In this document: one piece after another, positions 17,974 through 20,616 of the stretch
Layout of the letters: each line of letters starts with the position of its first letter
Numbering within the stretch: position 1 is the stretch's first letter
Assembly (NCBI GenBank): GCA_963977445.1
Contig: CAXBPH010000111.1
Span: 1 to 20,616, forward strand
From: an uncultured bacterium
GTDB taxonomy: Bacteria; Hydrogenedentota; Hydrogenedentia; Hydrogenedentales; JAEUWI01
DNA length: 20,616 nt
Direction of reading: 5' to 3'
Notes under the pieces: generated by a model
What the model saw: the letters and a program-made list of their open reading frames with translations, nothing else
Told to the model about the DNA's origin: nothing
Databases searched by the model: none
Made by a program: the position numbers and the translations under genes

Positions 17974-20616
17974 ATGCTACGCACCGCGCGCTGCATAAGC
18001 TTGGTCGGCCTTTTGTGGGCCGTCGTCACCCTTTCGGGCTGTCCAACAGGAACGACGCCAGGACTTTCCGTGACTCCACTCGCCTTGAGTTTCGGTGCTC
18101 AGGAGACGTCGAAGTCGTTACGCATACAGAATAGGGGTGGTGGCACGCTGACGTGGATAGTTGAGGTTTCTGATAATGCCCCGTGGCTCACGCTTGAAGC
18201 TGCTGCGGGCGCAAAACAGGCCGGAATGCTGGAAGGTGAATCTACAACCGAAGTGGATGTTATCACCGTCCTCATTAATCGAAACCTTCTTGCCGAGTCC
18301 ACCTCGCGGAATGCGACCTTGACAATCACGTCGAACGCGGGCAATCAAAACGTAAGCGTTGGTGTCGCCGAATCAGGCCCCGCCCGGTTGGTTCTCTCCC
18401 CCACCGCGTTGGCGTACGGTTCGACTGAAACTGAAATGAACGTGGCTATCTCCAACGGTGGCTTCGAGGCCCTTAGTTGGAATCTTACGATTCCCAACGA
18501 TACGCCCTGGCTCAAAGCTTCGAAGACCAGTGGCTCGGGACTTATCGCGGGAAGTGTAGACTCTGTTACCTTCACGGTAGATCGAACGGGGCTTCCGAGT
18601 AATTCATATGAAACTACCGTAACCTTTTCTTCTAATGGCGGCTCAGGAGAAGTTCTGGTTACGTTGAGCGTTCCGCCATTGGTTGTTTCCACCGATTCCA
18701 TCGATTTTGGCAATCTCTTTCAGAATGCATCTCGCTTCGTGAACATATCCAATCCATCGGATTCCGTAACTGGCGTTCGAATCACAACGGATATCGGCGA
18801 TGCACCGGCCAATTGGTTGACGCTTGCTGACGTGATCACTTCGGTGGATGCGCGGACAACAGAAACGATACGATTGAACGCGAGTCCTGCCGGATTGGAC
18901 CCTGGTAACTACTTGGCTACGGTAACCATCGCGTCGTCGAGTCTGAACTTCAGTCACGTGGTATTTGTGAGCATGGAGGTCCCTGGTTTTACTGTATCTC
19001 CGTCAACAATCGATTTCGGTGAAATCACCGCGACGACCACACGTGATTTCAGCCTCAGCAATCTCACGGGCACCTCGGTGAACTACAATATTGCCATTCC
19101 AGCTACTGCGCCCTGGATCTCTTTGTCGTCTGTATCCGGAACGTTAGATGGCTCCGCGACCATTCAACTTACCGCTGATCCCGAGCTGATTGGCGCAGGA
19201 AGTCATGAAGCCGTTATAACAATTACCTTTGGTAATAGTGCAACGGCGCCTAGCCAAACACTTACGGTGCGAATGAGTCGCCCCGAGCCGGCCCGTCTGG
19301 AGGCATCCCCGAAATCGATTCTCTTTGGTACCGCTCTGTTGGAGCGACGCATAGCCTTGTGGAATGCAGGTATCGGAGCGGTGGGTTGGCGTATCGATGG
19401 GACAAGTTTCCCTGCGTGGTTATCGCTCGTCAATGCGCCTGGATCGAGCTTGGTGAGCAGTGGAATTGCGACGGGGAATGTATCGGGTGAACAGACCGAC
19501 GAAATTGTCCTTCGCGTTGATCGCAGCCAGGCACCTGCTGGCCAGTTTGAGTTCACCCATTCGTTCAATGTAATCGCATCGGGCGATGCGGATAATGTGG
19601 TTCCCATAACTCTGAGCATGTCGATTGCACGGGTACCCGTTTTCGTGCTCGAGGCAGATGACGTCGATGACCGAGGTATTTCTACCCTCGCGGTTCCAGC
19701 GACCACAGTGAGCCGTTCCTTTATCATACGTAACGAAGGTACCGGGCCTCTCAACTGGGCCTTTGGAGCGCTGCCTTCCTGGGTGGCTACATTGGAGCCA
19801 TCACAGGGGACCTTGGCACCCAATGTACAACAATCAGTTACACTTACGGTGAGTCGGAATGGTCTGGTAACTCCCGGTGTTCAAGCCTTTTTCGAAATTA
19901 CGACCAATGACCCGGACAATGAAACGGTTTTCCTTGATGTTGCCGTCTCTGTTCCACCCGTTATCACCATAATTTCAGACGAAATGAGTTTGGGTTTTTC
20001 GGAAGATGAGTCTGTATCTGCCGTCTCCATTGCCAATGGTGGAAGTCCCGGCAGTATTTTGAATTACCAGATTGTATCCAACCAGGAATGGTTGTCCGTT
20101 TCGCCTGAGAACGGCGTTAGTGTCGGTACGGCCTCCCCCATCAAGGACTTTCAGCCTCACAGCGTTACGGTCGATCGTTCTCAGCTTGATGGTGCCGGTG
20201 CTTCCGGGCGTCTCATTATCACGGCGTTTACCGTTGAGAATGGCATGGCGATCCCCAATCCCCTCATAGCGCCGTTGGAAATTCCGGTTACTGTCGAGGC
20301 CTCCCCGTTGACCATTGAGTCGGCCTTACCCCGCAAACGGGTACCCTCGTTGATTAGAAATTTGATGCTATTCCGGAATATCCGTTCGGAGTCTATCCCT
20401 ATTCCCAACAGCCGCCTGAATCAGGTGGGTGATTTGTTCCGTATTTCTGAATCGGAAGTTCCAACAGAACTCACGGAAACCAACCAGTTTTTAAAGCGTG
20501 GCCATTCGGGTAATGTACTAATTCTCCTGGATTTCTCCGGCAGTATGGCCTCCTCAGCGGCGAAAGTCGTCGCCGATGGCCAGCTTGGTGACCCCGATAC
20601 ACTCACGGAAGATGCC
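17974..20616 (+). CDS. Second large BACON-repeat/VWA lipoprotein (partial, >881 aa, runs off the window end)
   Basis: Not in the ORF track. Translated by hand with no stop from ATG 17974 to 20616. RBS TAAGGAG at 17961-17967. MLRTARCISLVGLLWAVVTLSG-CP lipobox, seven BACON-like repeats, then GNVLILLDFSGSM (VWA MIDAS DxSxS) at ~20509-20547. Confidence 0.9.
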   Translation, partial: MLRTARCISLVGLLWAVVTLSGCPTGTTPGLSVTPLALSFGAQETSKSLRIQNRGGGTLTWIVEVSDNAPWLTLEAAAGAKQAGMLEGESTTEVDVITVLINRNLLAESTSRNATLTITSNAGNQNVSVGVAESGPARLVLSPTALAYGSTETEMNVAISNGGFEALSWNLTIPNDTPWLKASKTSGSGLIAGSVDSVTFTVDRTGLPSNSYETTVTFSSNGGSGEVLVTLSVPPLVVSTDSIDFGNLFQNASRFVNISNPSDSVTGVRITTDIGDAPANWLTLADVITSVDARTTETIRLNASPAGLDPGNYLATVTIASSSLNFSHVVFVSMEVPGFTVSPSTIDFGEITATTTRDFSLSNLTGTSVNYNIAIPATAPWISLSSVSGTLDGSATIQLTADPELIGAGSHEAVITITFGNSATAPSQTLTVRMSRPEPARLEASPKSILFGTALLERRIALWNAGIGAVGWRIDGTSFPAWLSLVNAPGSSLVSSGIATGNVSGEQTDEIVLRVDRSQAPAGQFEFTHSFNVIASGDADNVVPITLSMSIARVPVFVLEADDVDDRGISTLAVPATTVSRSFIIRNEGTGPLNWAFGALPSWVATLEPSQGTLAPNVQQSVTLTVSRNGLVTPGVQAFFEITTNDPDNETVFLDVAVSVPPVITIISDEMSLGFSEDESVSAVSIANGGSPGSILNYQIVSNQEWLSVSPENGVSVGTASPIKDFQPHSVTVDRSQLDGAGASGRLIITAFTVENGMAIPNPLIAPLEIPVTVEASPLTIESALPRKRVPSLIRNLMLFRNIRSESIPIPNSRLNQVGDLFRISESEVPTELTETNQFLKRGHSGNVLILLDFSGSMASSAAKVVADGQLGDPDTLTEDA
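18061..20300 (+). repeat. Seven tandem, diverged BACON/Ig-like protein repeats (about 100-115 aa each)
   Basis: Repeats start near 18061, 18385, 18679, 18988, 19294, 19640 and 19963. Most show xSP/TP..[LI].FG, I.N.G, and a [PNASE]W[LIV] motif. The repeat is visible at protein level only. Confidence 0.75.

Noticed and set aside
13382..20606. Numerous minus-strand ORFs (e.g. 13382-14212, 15374-16204, 17330-17941, 19203-19823)
   Set aside because: All lie antisense to the long, motif-supported plus-strand lipoprotein genes.

Overview
Bacterial chromosomal window with no rRNA, tRNA, CRISPR or mobile element that I can recognise. The repeated GCP lipoprotein N-termini are reminiscent of Candidatus Hydrogenedentota, but that taxonomic call is tentative. 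Left part (1-8120), metabolism and housekeeping: 5' end of a secreted protein (minus strand, running off the window), a Tat-exported Gfo/Idh/MocA oxidoreductase with a terminator, a 77-aa sulfatase remnant, an NDP-sugar epimerase, an unknown Gly-rich polytopic membrane protein, and a probable gltX-ROK kinase-PfkB kinase operon. Right part (8409-20616, all + strand), signalling and cell surface: a lipoprotein with two pseudopilin-head-like repeats, an MshEN/T2SSE_N-PAS-GGDEF fusion, a NifA-like GAF-AAA+-HTH sigma-54 activator, a 64-aa peptide gene with its own near-consensus promoter, and a probable operon of three Gly-Cys-Pro lipoproteins. The three are an internalin-like LRR protein and two large paralogous BACON-repeat/VWA proteins; the last is absent from the ORF track because it runs off the window. 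Best candidates for an undescribed system: the peptide + LRR + BACON/VWA surface cluster, and the c-di-GMP module apparently built from T2SS/T4P-derived parts. All family calls are from motifs read by eye, not database searches.
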